Notes: a model not told the origin generated them from the sequence alone. A stretch of 64,000 nt of DNA from Candidatus Obscuribacterales bacterium (GCA_965228855.1 CBDDIJ010000002.1:1760001-1824000), one strand, 5' to 3'; shown: positions 39,801 to 50,146, counted from the first letter of the stretch. Numbers and translations are program-made.

Positions 39801-41460
39801 GCCCGGTGTTTGGAGCGGATGCGAATGCAGCCAAGGTTACGTTTCCGGCAGGCCCATTTCCAGATGCTAGAATGACTGGTGCCGCCCCTGTCGCACCGAT
39901 GTTGCCACCTGAGGCTGATGCACCGGTGACCTCGATGTTACCGGAGTTGACTGTGAATGCAGCTCCGGCAATCAACATTATGTTTCCAGCGCCGGTGACA
40001 TTGCTGTTTGTGATTAGGACCGCATTATCCAGAATTATGTCTTGCCCTGACACCACTGTTAGTGGCGCACCGCCTGTAACTTGTTCGCCGCCGAGAATCA
40101 CGGTGTTGGTGTTTGAGATCAGTGGGTCGCCCGATGTTTGTAGCGCCTGGATGTTTAACACATCTGTTTGAGCGTTGATGATCGCAGTGCCTGCGCGAGC
40201 CCGCACTTCACCAGTCAATTTGTTTACGTTGACGCTTAAATCGCCGTCGCCAGCATTCAGCTGCACCTGTGACGACAACCAGTCGCCGCCTTTTACTGTC
40301 GTGCTAAACTTCTCGCTGTAGTCTTCGGCGCGAACTCGAATGGAACCCTGAAGCGCACTGATTGTTCCACCCGAATTATCGATCGCAATGTTTGACGGCA
40401 GCGAACAGTCAAAATTTATGTTGCCCGAAACCGCATCCAGTGCACCGCTGTTCGTAACCGATGGCGCGTCGATATTCAGGCTTTGACCTCTGACGGTGCC
40501 GAGATTCTGGAGATTCGTCCCGGCGCTTATCGACAGATTTCCGGAACTGCTGATCAATCCCTCATTGCGAAAATTTCGTTCTGCTCGCAAATGGAGGTCC
40601 ATTGGTCTTGAGGAGGCGCTGGTTTCGATTGATGCGCCGGCACCATTGGTGATATCACGCGCAAAGATGTCGACGCGGTTGTTTCCAGAGTGGTTGCTCT
40701 CAGCAATTATGTTTCCAAGATTCGTAAGGTCTCCGGTAAGCCGGAAATCCGATTGCCGACTAAAGTCGCCGGAAGCTAGAACGCTTGTCGGTACGACTAA
40801 CGACTTTGCATGAATATCGCGACCGCCATCATCGATGGAGCTGAGCGCGAAGGAACCTCCTATTGCTCTACCGGATGAATCGAGGTCTAAGGATTGCGAG
40901 CCGTTGTCAATCACTTGCTGCAGGGCAATGTACTCGGCAGCGGAAACCGTAGAGCCGCTCGATAATTCTCTTTGCTCACCGCCGACATAAATTTTGTAGG
41001 ATGACTTGTCAGAGAACAAGGTGTCGCCAAGTGTGATGCCGCGCTCGTTTGACGTCAGGTCAAGCTCCAAGCCGCGAGTGATTGACCGTGCCGTTCCATT
41101 GGCGGCGACAAAAGTGGATTGAGTTTCGGCTAGGCGGTTGAAAGAAGACTCTTGGAGCCGATTGAGTCGAGGAATGTTGTTGATAAGATGCTGCGCCGCG
41201 GCTCGGTGAGCCGCCGGATTCTGCATCGGCGGAGTTTGCCGGGCTGTAGATTCTGGCCTAGCTAAACGGAATAGCTGTCGAAGTTCCCGCCTGGAAAGGT
41301 CAGGGTTCGCCGCTTGCATGCTGCGCATCGAGTTTTGCGGACCTCGATGCGAATGTTGGTCCGGACTCGCAAACGAAGGCGCCGCTAGGAGTAATGAACC
41401 GGCGCAGGCTATGACATGACTTGCGGTGGTGCGCCTGATTTTGATGAAATTGGCTCGCAT
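36808..41460 (-). CDS. Large secreted beta-helix / filamentous-haemagglutinin-like exoprotein
   Basis: 1550 aa, signal peptide, G/N/S/T/I-rich repeats (GNITL.A), GDP motif. Paralogous to 46589-49657. Confidence 0.8.
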   Translation of the reverse strand: MRANFIKIRRTTASHVIACAGSLLLAAPSFASPDQHSHRGPQNSMRSMQAANPDLSRRELRQLFRLARPESTARQTPPMQNPAAHRAAAQHLINNIPRLNRLQESSFNRLAETQSTFVAANGTARSITRGLELDLTSNERGITLGDTLFSDKSSYKIYVGGEQRELSSGSTVSAAEYIALQQVIDNGSQSLDLDSSGRAIGGSFALSSIDDGGRDIHAKSLVVPTSVLASGDFSRQSDFRLTGDLTNLGNIIAESNHSGNNRVDIFARDITNGAGASIETSASSRPMDLHLRAERNFRNEGLISSSGNLSISAGTNLQNLGTVRGQSLNIDAPSVTNSGALDAVSGNINFDCSLPSNIAIDNSGGTISALQGSIRVRAEDYSEKFSTTVKGGDWLSSQVQLNAGDGDLSVNVNKLTGEVRARAGTAIINAQTDVLNIQALQTSGDPLISNTNTVILGGEQVTGGAPLTVVSGQDIILDNAVLITNSNVTGAGNIMLIAGAAFTVNSGNIEVTGASASGGNIGATGAAPVILASGNGPAGNVTLAAFASAPNTGQINLPFNSSIIAVGDGQPNGTITFIAGGGMQLGRVDTTVGTTTGTGSIIIHASQPQVVGPFAIDSTTGAVLSGGLDTGTVIGDVVLQGALKSAANIQINAVNFSNLYETTTAQGSITIAAENSIALGSNLMAQDITLSAPNGISQTLGRMFTPADGTLTINLVGSNPRDADLSVGNGVGTLIGQGEGTIIFNNGLSPLKLGSIGPTQSLRLSLDGSVLEGVSYLGGINTTGTVNIATRRFSANGNNLTAASINISSPRDELWVDGGIGGSLTATSPLPGPPGSPSSPPAIRLAAFTGGDLILEGTMNLSGDVELDSTAELISANGSLFVGANNVTIGAGTWIQQGNGNITGNNLAFAGTAIINPDGDVVLKNNLVFSGRDLVIAARDNVDLSYYHIDLSSSTGDGGSLTILAGYDLSGAGSGQIQTSQLFNVSLSSRVGNIYGSGFYNTSSTAAGGNAGDVSIAATGTIILTGNIDSNAISGQGGTISITAPEGINLTSYVTASSWELPLGGDASIRAGVANTLGLVYYRNGESTGPGFISFRGGELTNGPISIFHLDAFSVDIRNKTAPITIGGIQPHLLNIQTEGSISLTGNSLYAYEVSDLGGSITINAPLISTSFGPLQLIANGLRRAGTINFSSPGNLFVSNSGGADLYIEAKTFMPLSSSDGGVVNLSAVGSLVVDAGGLRVGLTDTINLTANSSGGRPGEVLIYEDLAAGALNIHTESKTPFTITSLATVGNSRTPTNAVVGTLTVGKVFVENTLGAIEIADPSSLIVGDLALRTYGKNSIEIPKNAVLSASNSITLKTESRDIGRKDFFVNAPILELSTTGGAAKVTSVYNGEIELQNTAVAKSLTLSAAQGLNVNGATTERGSITLTANGGTLTVSGPLKAQNGGVSLLNTDTTNGDIILGDQVETSGKSKDIIIAIGKLQKTNANNAPTTFLTVNEERGGKVRFGPGGVVPVGPASITAIKRSVYFNDQGAGDIVITTGSNVRAESN

Positions 41461-41610
41461 TGCTCTTTCAACTATTACTGAAGAAGCGATAGAGTTTACA
41501 AGAAGTAGGCGTGAATGTCTATCTTTGAGCCTTTCTGTCGCATCGCATCCGTATCAGGATAACCGCATCGTGCAAGACTTTCGCGCACTATTCGCCGATA
41601 GCAGATTGGC

Positions 41611-41979
41611 TTAAGCGCTGGACTTGTCCTGCTTCTCCTCAACCCACTCACCGTTTATAAACCGCATTACGATCTGATTGGCATCACCTGGTTTCTTCAG
41701 TCCGTGTTTATTGCACAGTTCCTAGTAGTCCGCATCACCCGGCATTATGTGTGCCCATCCATCAGATACGGCATAATCTTTCTGTGTCCAGTAGTGCACC
41801 ACAAGCATGCTCTCATCATTGAGATATGCTGTTTCTCGGCTTGTCCCTTCGAGTTTGCCTGACGCAGCCGTATTCTCTTCGAACTCCTCATCAGGCACGA
41901 ATGGCCCTCGCAAAAAATTTTCAAGGATTTTTTCTCCAGCGGTTTTTGGCTCATCATCAGTTGAATTAGACATGGACAT
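41611..41979 (-). pseudogene. Paralog of 46031-46402 interrupted by an in-frame TAG
   Basis: ...MPGDADY*ELCNKHGLKKPGDANQIVMRFINGEWV aligns across the stop (41722-24) with RPGDSDYDKFLRHHGSLTPGKTHTLVRRIVDGNWI. Confidence 0.75.
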
Positions 41980-42263
41980 TCTCCTTCATGAATTTCCTTA
42001 GAGGTCTAATCTGGTCCAGCGACCTCGCATAGCTTCGATTGTGGCGATGGGGGAACGATTAGGAATTCTGAAATTAGTGAGTCTTGCTTCTGAGTTAATC
42101 TCTAGAACGTACTTAGAAAAGACATTCGTTCAATTGTTTCCGAAGTGGGAATGAGAAGCAATCATTGCGTAATAGTTATGGCAGATTTGTGCGCATCAAC
42201 CGTTCGTCGCGGATGGGAACAACCGGGTTGCCAGATACTAATGCTTGGCGTTATTGTTCAGAT

Positions 42264-42680
42264 ATGAAAAGGGTCATCGTTTCGCTACTTCTACTTTTTC
42301 TAGGTACCAGTGCCTTCTGCACGGTCCATGCTCAGGGTCTGATAGGCGCCCCGAACTGCCCCCGCAGGGCGTCTCAGCCGGTGCCATGGATACAAGGCAA
42401 GTCGGACTCAGAGCGGTGGTCCAACTTTCAGGCGGTTCAGACGTCACTTATAGGGATGACTTACGAGCAAGTCAATAAGGCGCTCGGAGAGGGAAAACCC
42501 TTTCTAAAGTCGGACCAATTTACGCTAGAGGCACAGACCGCGCAGGAACGCAGTTGTCTACTGTATCAAATTGCGGAAACCAAAATTCCTGGGAAGTCTG
42601 GAAACAAGGCTCCGGTAGAGCTGACAATTGTATTCAAAGATAACGTTGTGCAGTCCTTCATAGTTGAAGCAGATTATTAA
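42264..42680 (+). CDS. Small secreted protein (SmpA/BamE- or BLIP-like fold), paralog family member 1
   Basis: Signal peptide; AQGL.G...GKSDSERW...LIGMT..QV...LG...YQ...F motif shared with 50147 and 52178. Confidence 0.7.
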   Translation: MKRVIVSLLLLFLGTSAFCTVHAQGLIGAPNCPRRASQPVPWIQGKSDSERWSNFQAVQTSLIGMTYEQVNKALGEGKPFLKSDQFTLEAQTAQERSCLLYQIAETKIPGKSGNKAPVELTIVFKDNVVQSFIVEADY

Positions 42681-42820
42681 TCCTTGATGCAACGCATCTT
42701 AATCGGTCTTGAACGGTTCTTGATTGTCGATTTTAAGTCCGCTGCACCCGCATGCTCAAAAAATTAATAGAGGCTCTGTCAAGAATGAGCTCGCCGGTAT
42801 CGAGATCCTATCAATAAAAT

Positions 42821-43301
42821 CTACACTTTAAGCCTTTGTACCCGTTTTAGCGCTTTCTCGACACAGTCTTTGATTGTTGGAATTTGCAAATCATCACCCG
42901 TAGTGGCAATAGAAATCATCAGGCGAATGACGATTAAACCGTCACGTACTGTGCACCAAACATGCAGATAGTTTTCTTCACCCTCCTCAATTTGATGTTC
43001 GGGAGTTATTACACAAAGATTCTCATCAGCAATATCAAGCGCGATAAAGGTTTCAACTCTAGCTAATCGATGTTTTTTCATCTTGCATAAATGCTTCGGC
43101 ATTATCGAGTTCTCCGAATTGCGCGATTAGCTCCTCAAGCGCTTGTAGGTCCTTCCCCTCATCGAAAACGTAGGATACGAGCCCTCGACAGCGAGCCCCT
43201 CTAGTCCTGAAGTCGAACAAGCTCAATAGTGAGTTTGTTCCTGTCTTCTTGATTATCGTGTAGCCGGGGAAATCTTCCTCGTTTAAGAAGAGATCGCTCA
43301 T
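42821..43301 (-). pseudogene. Putative immunity gene split by a frameshift in an A6 run
   Basis: ORFs 43059-43301 and 42821-43102 overlap. Removing one base from the T6 at 43073-43078 joins ...AFMQDEK to HRLARVETF... Confidence 0.5.
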
Positions 43302-43600
43302 TTTTTAGCCTCCAGACTTCTCATTGCTTGTTTCCATCTCGGCAACTCCTTCATCATAAACTCTACTGATTTCGGAAAGTGATTGATTCGAAATTTGCTC
43401 AGGTAGGATGAGGTTCGTAAGCCCGAAATATGAGCGTACATGTCTGAAAAGACTTCATCCGGCAAATCGTCCCTATCCTTTAGTTGTTCAGGTGTGAGCC
43501 CTTTGCCTTTCAACCAATTGGAATCTTGCGCCGCTTTCAAGCCCGTGTCATTTAACCCAAGTTTCCAAACGAGCGAACCTTCTCCGCTGCTCATCACCAA
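43298..43600 (-). pseudogene. Orphan toxin C-terminal fragment (metallopeptidase-like tail)
   Basis: EVFSDMYA...HFPKSVEFM resembles the C-terminal part of zincin toxin domains. Its stop overlaps the downstream ATG (ATGA). No convincing start. Confidence 0.4.
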
Positions 43601-43723
43601 TCGATGGAGGTATGAAAGGATCTTCGCGAGTTTCGTGCGGACATGTCTTCGAAATGTTTAAGACCACGGAGCTCTGAAAGCCGCTAAGATCTTGAGAATC
43701 ACCACAAACTGCAGGTCTGTTTC

Positions 43724-45802
43724 ATGAATAAGAAGCCGCCCCATCTTCGCGCCGTTCCTGGTTCAAAATCGACTTTGAAAGATAAGCCGCAGCTTGAGCC
43801 TGAACCCAAAGTTGTCTCGCTCGACGACCTCCCTGTGCTCGAGGAGGAGATTGACTACTTCCACGGAATGGCGCTGGAGTTTCGCATGGCGCAGAGCATG
43901 ACCGACATGTCTGTTGCTGGAAGTGAGTTGGGCAAGATACAAGGTCTTTTCGAGGATGCGTTATCGCAGCTCGAGCGGGTCGGTGTTCTTCTGGACGCGG
44001 TCAGTGAGATGGGGCCGAATCAGAAACAACGGGCGCAGATCGAGCGCCATCGAGCAAAATTGGCGGAGACGCAAGCAATTGTGAACGGCACACTGACTCG
44101 CGTTCGCGATGATATTAAGAGTTCCATGAGCATGCCGGCTGCGAACGCATCGCCGTCCGGTTCCCTCAGTTCACTTGAGTTGGGAAGAGGAGTCAGTAAC
44201 GTTCAGTTGCCATCAATGGGCGGCGGGCTTGATATGCAAAGAGCCGTGATCCAGCCACCCACAAATGCCATCGCAGGCGGTATCAGGCGAAACGAGTTAT
44301 CTACGACGAGGATATCAGCGGAGAGCGCGAGTGAGGAGTTTGCGCGACTAATGCGCGACCGAGATTTTAAATCGATGGAGGAGATGCAGGCGTTTTTAAC
44401 CAAAATATCAGCGTTTAGAAACTCAAAAATAGTTGCTGAGAGGCTTAATTCCGAGCATGACGATGATCCGGAACTAACGCGTCGAATGCAGAATGCGATT
44501 GCGCCTTATGTCAAAGACTTTCCCGAAATTGCGAAGATTGTCGAGGCCTCGAATGCTTCGTTAACCAAAACAGAGCAGGCTCAATGCATTATGTACGACG
44601 CCTGGGGCGCCCGCGGTGCGGAGCGAGTTCGGCTGGCGAAAGAAGCACTCAAGAAAGATAAAAAATGTGTTGACGCCCACGTTTTGCTCGGCCAGGAGAG
44701 TGCCAAGACCATTGAGGAGGCGCACGATCTGTTTTTGAAAGCGGATGATCTTGGAGAAAAAGCGATTAGCGGACAAACCATCGGTCCCGATCAGTGGTGG
44801 GCTGATTTAAAAACGCGTCCACTGCTGCGAGCGAAGATGGAGCTTGGCTCGACCCTCTGGCTTCTGGGCGAGCGTGAGGATGCGCTCGATTACCTTCGCG
44901 AAGTCCTCCGGTTGAATCCTACAGATAATCAGGGGGCTCGGTACCGATTGGTTTATTTCCTCATCTCCGAAAAGCTCTTCGACGAGGCGAAGGAGTTGAC
45001 CAATCAATTTGCGGCTGACGGCGCCTCAACGTGGAAGTACGCGAAAGCACTGTTGGATTTTAACTTGTACAAAAACAGTTTAAGAGCGAAACAATCAATG
45101 CGCGATGCAATCGCATTTAATGACTTCGCGCCTAGATATTTCCTCGGCCACGAGGGGTTTCCAGAAGAGATGCCTGCATATGTAGGTTTTGGTACGCCGG
45201 GCGAGGCCGTTGAGTGTGCTGTGCTTGGCATTGAACATTGGCGCACCACTGATGGTGCTATGGAGTGGATGCGCACATGTGCCGACGAGATCAGTGTTTT
45301 TAGTAAACAACAGGCGTTTAAGCTTTGGAAAACCTCCAATGAATCTGCGAAACGCTACGCGTATGACGACAAATTCTCGAAGGCCAAAGGTCAGTTCCTT
45401 TACGCGCTGAAACACGCCGAGAAGCTGGGTGATGAGCTGCTAATTAGCATTGCCTTGAAGGACTTGTGCGAAGTGCTCGCTAATAACTTATCTGAAATCA
45501 AGAAGGCCGACGAGCCTTACTTTGTTCGCAGTTTAGAACTGGCTGAGCAAACTGTCGGCGTCGATGATCCTCGATACATCGGTCCATTGTTTGACTACGG
45601 CTGCTTTAAATTTGCCATGAGTCTCCATAACGACGCGGAAAAATATTTGACTGATGCGATGAGTCTGGCTGAAAAACTGAACGACGATGAAGCGCTACCG
45701 GCTATTTATTGGCTCCTCGGTGAAGTTTATGACGCGAAGGGCGAATTCGCTAAATCGAGGCGCTTCAAGGCGCTCGCTCAGGAGCTCTATGAAGATGAGT
45801 GA
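43724..45802 (+). CDS. TPR protein with an ST7-like 'NP.DNQGARY' domain
   Basis: CVDAHVLLG, TRPLLRA, LRLNPTDNQGARY, WRTTDGAMEW and C-terminal TPRs. Confidence 0.75.
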   Translation: MNKKPPHLRAVPGSKSTLKDKPQLEPEPKVVSLDDLPVLEEEIDYFHGMALEFRMAQSMTDMSVAGSELGKIQGLFEDALSQLERVGVLLDAVSEMGPNQKQRAQIERHRAKLAETQAIVNGTLTRVRDDIKSSMSMPAANASPSGSLSSLELGRGVSNVQLPSMGGGLDMQRAVIQPPTNAIAGGIRRNELSTTRISAESASEEFARLMRDRDFKSMEEMQAFLTKISAFRNSKIVAERLNSEHDDDPELTRRMQNAIAPYVKDFPEIAKIVEASNASLTKTEQAQCIMYDAWGARGAERVRLAKEALKKDKKCVDAHVLLGQESAKTIEEAHDLFLKADDLGEKAISGQTIGPDQWWADLKTRPLLRAKMELGSTLWLLGEREDALDYLREVLRLNPTDNQGARYRLVYFLISEKLFDEAKELTNQFAADGASTWKYAKALLDFNLYKNSLRAKQSMRDAIAFNDFAPRYFLGHEGFPEEMPAYVGFGTPGEAVECAVLGIEHWRTTDGAMEWMRTCADEISVFSKQQAFKLWKTSNESAKRYAYDDKFSKAKGQFLYALKHAEKLGDELLISIALKDLCEVLANNLSEIKKADEPYFVRSLELAEQTVGVDDPRYIGPLFDYGCFKFAMSLHNDAEKYLTDAMSLAEKLNDDEALPAIYWLLGEVYDAKGEFAKSRRFKALAQELYEDE

Positions 45803-46030
45803 GGACGCGATGTAAGGCGTGATTAATAATAATCTTGCTGTCTGAATTTTAAGCTGCTGCCGGGCGGATGCCTATGGAACTGACCGTTGGAAATCGAACT
45901 GAATGGATTGGCTAAAACTCATAGCGGAATGAAGTGGTGGCAAAATCGCTTCGACTATATGAGTGCTTGGTCTACGGTCTTACTTTTTGTCTATATGCTG
46001 GTCCGCCTGAGGCAGTCGTTCTCATGGTCA

Positions 46031-46402
46031 TTAGCTATTCGGATCGCTAGGCTGAATAACCGCATCGGATTCTGGCAACAGAATCCAGTTTCCATCAACT
46101 ATCCTGCGAACGAGGGTGTGTGTCTTTCCTGGTGTCAACGAACCGTGGTGGCGCAGGAACTTATCGTAATCGGAATCTCCAGGTCGTGACTCTGAAGAGC
46201 CATCAGCTATGCCACCACCTATGAGGTACTGTGTGCTTACGATCATCAAGCTGCCATCCTCCTTCATCGTGACCGTCTCTAGCCATTTGCCTTCCATGGC
46301 TTTTCTCGCGGCTTCGTTAGCTGCCTTCTCTTCATCAGATGAGTCGGGTTGCTTGGCTGCCCAGTCAAGAAATTTGTTCAAGCCATGTTTGTCGTGAGTC
46401 AT
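46031..46402 (-). CDS. Hypothetical protein (PGDxDY family)
   Basis: GAGGAAG RBS; paralog of 41611-41979. Confidence 0.7.
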   Translation of the reverse strand: MTHDKHGLNKFLDWAAKQPDSSDEEKAANEAARKAMEGKWLETVTMKEDGSLMIVSTQYLIGGGIADGSSESRPGDSDYDKFLRHHGSLTPGKTHTLVRRIVDGNWILLPESDAVIQPSDPNS

Positions 46403-46588
46403 GTTACTTCCTCTTCATGAAGAATTCGAGCACAGACGAATCCCCCGCTTCATCAGCGTTTCGGTTTCCATAACGACTTGTGCGGTGGGGGGATGATAAG
46501 GTATAGAGTATTTGACGTTATATTGGTTTGTGTCAATAATGTTATACGTAAACTGCTGCCTGGTTATCCCTGCCGCCCATCCGCAACA

Positions 46589-49500
46589 CTACTGATTCGC
46601 CACAATCAATACGTTGCCACCGAATGTGATGGCACCCTTTTTAAGCCCATTGTTGATCGAAACCGTTTTCGTCGCACCATTGATTGTGTTGGTTGGTCCC
46701 TTTGCCTTGATAGCTTCTCCAGTAAGAGACGTAGAGCCCATCACCGTAACGTTCGCAATTGGCTGTGGCATAAGTGAGACGCTATTCGGACCAAGCGAAA
46801 TGACGATGTTATCAGCGTTGACTCCAGCAGTTCTAACAATTGAATTTGTTTCAAACCCAATCTTGCCCTTGGCGCCGGTGTTGAGTAGCGACAGGCTCTG
46901 ATAGGCAGTGATGGTGCCGTTTGCGGTCAAAGTACCATTGTCGGTTTGAACAGAAATGTCTTTCGCGAAGAACTGGTTGAAGCCACTTCCATCTAACACC
47001 ACTGATCCCTTAGCGACTACATCAAGAGTTTGTGCCAAGTCGACGTTCGCCACGGTCAATGGCTTGGTGCTGTTGCTCTGAATGAAGGCAGAACCGGCAC
47101 CGCCAGCAGCTTGCACTGAGAGAGCCGTGACTCCCGCGGGAACCACAAAGCGGTCAAGGGAGGTTCCGATGCTGCCCTGCGCGATGAGGCTCAATGAGGG
47201 CGTCGTAACTGTACCCTGAAACGATGAATTCAGTATTCCTGAAGCGTATGAAGTCGCCTGCAGAAATTGGGAAGCTGTAACATCGCCAAAAGTGAATTGG
47301 GCGGCGTTGATAAGGACACCCTTGCTAACAATCGCAGTGTTTGATGTGTCAATAGTTTTGAACTCCGCATTTACCAGCAAGGCGCCTCCACTGTACCAGC
47401 CGAATGTTGAACCTAAACTACCGTTGCCGAAAACAGTCACGATGGCAAGACCTCCAGCATTGAGGTCCAGCATGGATGTGATGAGTCTTAGCGGGGCAGT
47501 GGCGGTGCCTATGCTGTTTCCTGCGCGCAGAACGGTCGAGCCTGTTGAGTTTATTTCATAGTTATCGAGAACTTTTATGTCGTGACCAGCTTGGAAAAAT
47601 GCGTCCGCAGACGTGGTCACTGTATTGTTGAGAAGAACATCGTTGCCGGCCATGACGCTGAGCGTGCCGCGTAGATCAACGGTCCCGTTAATTTGAAGGC
47701 TGGCTTTTTTGTTGACCTTATCTGCCTTGAGAAACGCCGTGCTTGTTCTTACGCCATTTTGATCGTAAACGATAAGTGCTTTCTTCTCGCTCCCGATGAT
47801 CGATCTTGTCATCAGCGTGATATCGGCATTGTTTCCGGTGCCTTCATCAGCCCAGATTTTCCCAACCTTCAGTGGAATACCATCAGGAGCCTTTGTGCCC
47901 GCCGCGATAAGCGAGATGTTTCCATTCTTGCCAGTACCCCAACCGTTGGTGTTGATGGTGGCGTCTGTAGTATCAATCATTCCGGCAGCGATACCATCGG
48001 CTCCCTTTCCATCAAAAGCAAACATCTGTAGATCGCCACTGTCTCCGTTGAAAGGAGCGCCCGGGGATACAGTCCAAACGTTAGAGCCGGAGCCAAGAAT
48101 TATGCTACCTCCGGTCTTTGAAGATTTTCCTGTTAGGGAAACCGTTCCAGATGCTCCCGCAGTATTGCCACCATTTAGTTCTGATCTGTTTTCACCACCG
48201 GAATTGGTGAACGCCGCTCCAGCAATGAATGTGATGTCAAAACCGTCAGTCGCGTTGCCGGCTCGCACAAAGACCCCGTCTGCGGTTGTCACATTGCCGC
48301 TTGCCACAACTACAAGGTTCTCAGCGACGGTTAGATCGCCGTCAATGACGATACTACCAGCGGTGTTGAAAAATGTTGGATCGCCAGTTAAGCAAACTTC
48401 GCCAAGCCGCATCAAGTCAGTAGATGCAACGACGTGCGCAGCATTGCCGGTTTGAGAAATTTTACCGGTAAGTTCACCAACATTGGTGTAAGCGGTGCCT
48501 TGCCCGGCATGCATGTTGTATGTTTTGCTGAATAAATCGCCGCCCGTTATGTAGGAGTTCTGCGATCCGTTGTAAGAGGAATCTCTGAGGTTGATCGCAC
48601 CGCTGAGTGCGCTAATGGTGCCGCGACGGTTGTTGACCTGGAGGACCGCATCTGGCGCTCCATTGAGATTCACGTTGCCGCTTGCGGATGATATCGTGCC
48701 ACGATTGTTGACGTTGGCTGCGCCGAGGTCTACATTGGTGGCGGCGCTTATGGTTCCTGAGTTACTGAGGGCACCACTTGCGGTGAGCATCAAAGCGCCG
48801 GATGAGTTTATCGTGCCGGAGTTGATTAGAGTTCCAGACGCATCAAGTGTGAGATCAACATTGGATGTAATGGTTGCGTTTTTGAAGTTGTTTATGTCGT
48901 CAGCGCGAATTGCACCACTTCTCGCGTTGCTGTTTCCTGAAACCGCCGAAACCGTTCCATAGTTGCTCAGATCGCCAAGCAACCTGAAGTCTGAACCTTT
49001 AGAAAAGTCACCGATGGTGGTGACATTGCTGGCGTTGACATAATTCGCCGCACGCAGCTTGTCGCTGTTCGAAGTTATGGAATCAAGCTCAACAGAACCA
49101 CCGCTCGCGCGGCCGGATTGATCGACAGTCAATGTTTGGGTGCCGCCTGAGAGGATTTGTTTGACGGCCAAGTATTCTGCCGGCGTTACATGGGATCCGG
49201 CTTCAACGGTTTTGGTGCCATTTCCCGTTTTGATTTGAACCGAACTGCCATCGACGAAAAGATTTTTTCCGAGGACTATGTTTTGAGCATTGGAAGTGAG
49301 GTCGAGATCGAGGCCGTTTTTTAACCGGATGGAGTTGCCGAGATCGTTGGTTTGTCTGGTGTGTGAACTCAGGCGCCGGTCGATCTGAGTTGTGAAATCA
49401 ATGTTCGGAGTGAACGATTCGATGGTTTGAACCCTGGCGTGCTCCAGCCTGCCACCAGCTTTAGCGCTGTCCGCGATTCGACTCTCGCGAAACAGTTGCC

Positions 49501-49657
49501 GCGCCGCGTGCCTGTCCACACCAAGATTTTGTTCTCTAAACTCTTTGAAGTTGACTCGATCCTCGCCGCGTCCGGCAGCGGTGGCGGCGGTCGCGCAAAC
49601 GGTTCCAGTTAGAATCGAGAGTGAAAGAGCCAAAACAAACTGTTTAGAGCGATTCAT
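46589..49657 (-). CDS. Large secreted beta-helix / filamentous-haemagglutinin-like exoprotein
   Basis: 1022 aa, signal peptide. Shares GLDLDLTS, AEYLAV.Q, GDFS..SDFRL.GDL.N.G and GDP motifs with 36808-41460. Confidence 0.8.
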   Translation of the reverse strand: MNRSKQFVLALSLSILTGTVCATAATAAGRGEDRVNFKEFREQNLGVDRHAARQLFRESRIADSAKAGGRLEHARVQTIESFTPNIDFTTQIDRRLSSHTRQTNDLGNSIRLKNGLDLDLTSNAQNIVLGKNLFVDGSSVQIKTGNGTKTVEAGSHVTPAEYLAVKQILSGGTQTLTVDQSGRASGGSVELDSITSNSDKLRAANYVNASNVTTIGDFSKGSDFRLLGDLSNYGTVSAVSGNSNARSGAIRADDINNFKNATITSNVDLTLDASGTLINSGTINSSGALMLTASGALSNSGTISAATNVDLGAANVNNRGTISSASGNVNLNGAPDAVLQVNNRRGTISALSGAINLRDSSYNGSQNSYITGGDLFSKTYNMHAGQGTAYTNVGELTGKISQTGNAAHVVASTDLMRLGEVCLTGDPTFFNTAGSIVIDGDLTVAENLVVVASGNVTTADGVFVRAGNATDGFDITFIAGAAFTNSGGENRSELNGGNTAGASGTVSLTGKSSKTGGSIILGSGSNVWTVSPGAPFNGDSGDLQMFAFDGKGADGIAAGMIDTTDATINTNGWGTGKNGNISLIAAGTKAPDGIPLKVGKIWADEGTGNNADITLMTRSIIGSEKKALIVYDQNGVRTSTAFLKADKVNKKASLQINGTVDLRGTLSVMAGNDVLLNNTVTTSADAFFQAGHDIKVLDNYEINSTGSTVLRAGNSIGTATAPLRLITSMLDLNAGGLAIVTVFGNGSLGSTFGWYSGGALLVNAEFKTIDTSNTAIVSKGVLINAAQFTFGDVTASQFLQATSYASGILNSSFQGTVTTPSLSLIAQGSIGTSLDRFVVPAGVTALSVQAAGGAGSAFIQSNSTKPLTVANVDLAQTLDVVAKGSVVLDGSGFNQFFAKDISVQTDNGTLTANGTITAYQSLSLLNTGAKGKIGFETNSIVRTAGVNADNIVISLGPNSVSLMPQPIANVTVMGSTSLTGEAIKAKGPTNTINGATKTVSINNGLKKGAITFGGNVLIVANQ

Positions 49658-49756
49658 TTATTCAACCTCATTAGTTGCCATTGGTCGGTCGGTCCGTCCT
49701 TACTTACGCGAATGTAAGAGAGTACTACAAATGCGGGTGATCCGGGTGAACAAAGG
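49405..49756. repeat. ~350-bp direct repeat, copy 1 (5' end and upstream region of the exoprotein gene)
   Basis: Aligns by eye with 51693-52039, with scattered substitutions and small indels. Confidence 0.92.
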
Positions 49757-49803
49757 GACTATTGCGCATCACTCGTTTTTCCGAATCTTCTATACTGGTG
49801 GTC

Positions 49804-50103
49804 ATGGATGGCATCAAAGCGGGCAATGAGCCGATTGCAGAAAGGAAGAGCCGGAAATGGCGTATTGGCGCCGTCTTCAGCTTTGTATTGCCTTTTTTGA
49901 TTTTTGGTTTTCTGGCTGAACAGTGGATACTGGATAGAGGTGCTGAAGAAGCGGAAAGATGGTCGCACCTGGTTAAACCCACGCCTGTTCCGATGTCAGA
50001 ACAAGTCTTGCCATTTGTTCTCTGGTTTGTTGTGCCGGGTTTGATCGCAGGGCTGGTTGGGCTTCTTTTGTACTACCTGTTCACCCGTTGCCGTTCTTAT
50101 TGA
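49804..50103 (+). CDS. Small two-TM membrane protein
   Basis: Two hydrophobic helices; probable start ATG ~49804. Confidence 0.5.
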   Translation: MDGIKAGNEPIAERKSRKWRIGAVFSFVLPFLIFGFLAEQWILDRGAEEAERWSHLVKPTPVPMSEQVLPFVLWFVVPGLIAGLVGLLLYYLFTRCRSY

Positions 50104-50146
50104 GCCAATCTAGCCATCGTTGAATGTTTCCTACGTGAGGAGATGT

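Noticed and set aside
38804..40813. Long plus-strand ORFs inside the exoprotein gene (also 47796-48455)
   Set aside because: Antisense shadows of G/N/T-rich coding sequence.
41722..41724. Alternative genetic code (TAG reassigned)
   Set aside because: Several clear genes (e.g. ends at 6946, 34238, 61619) terminate with TAG.
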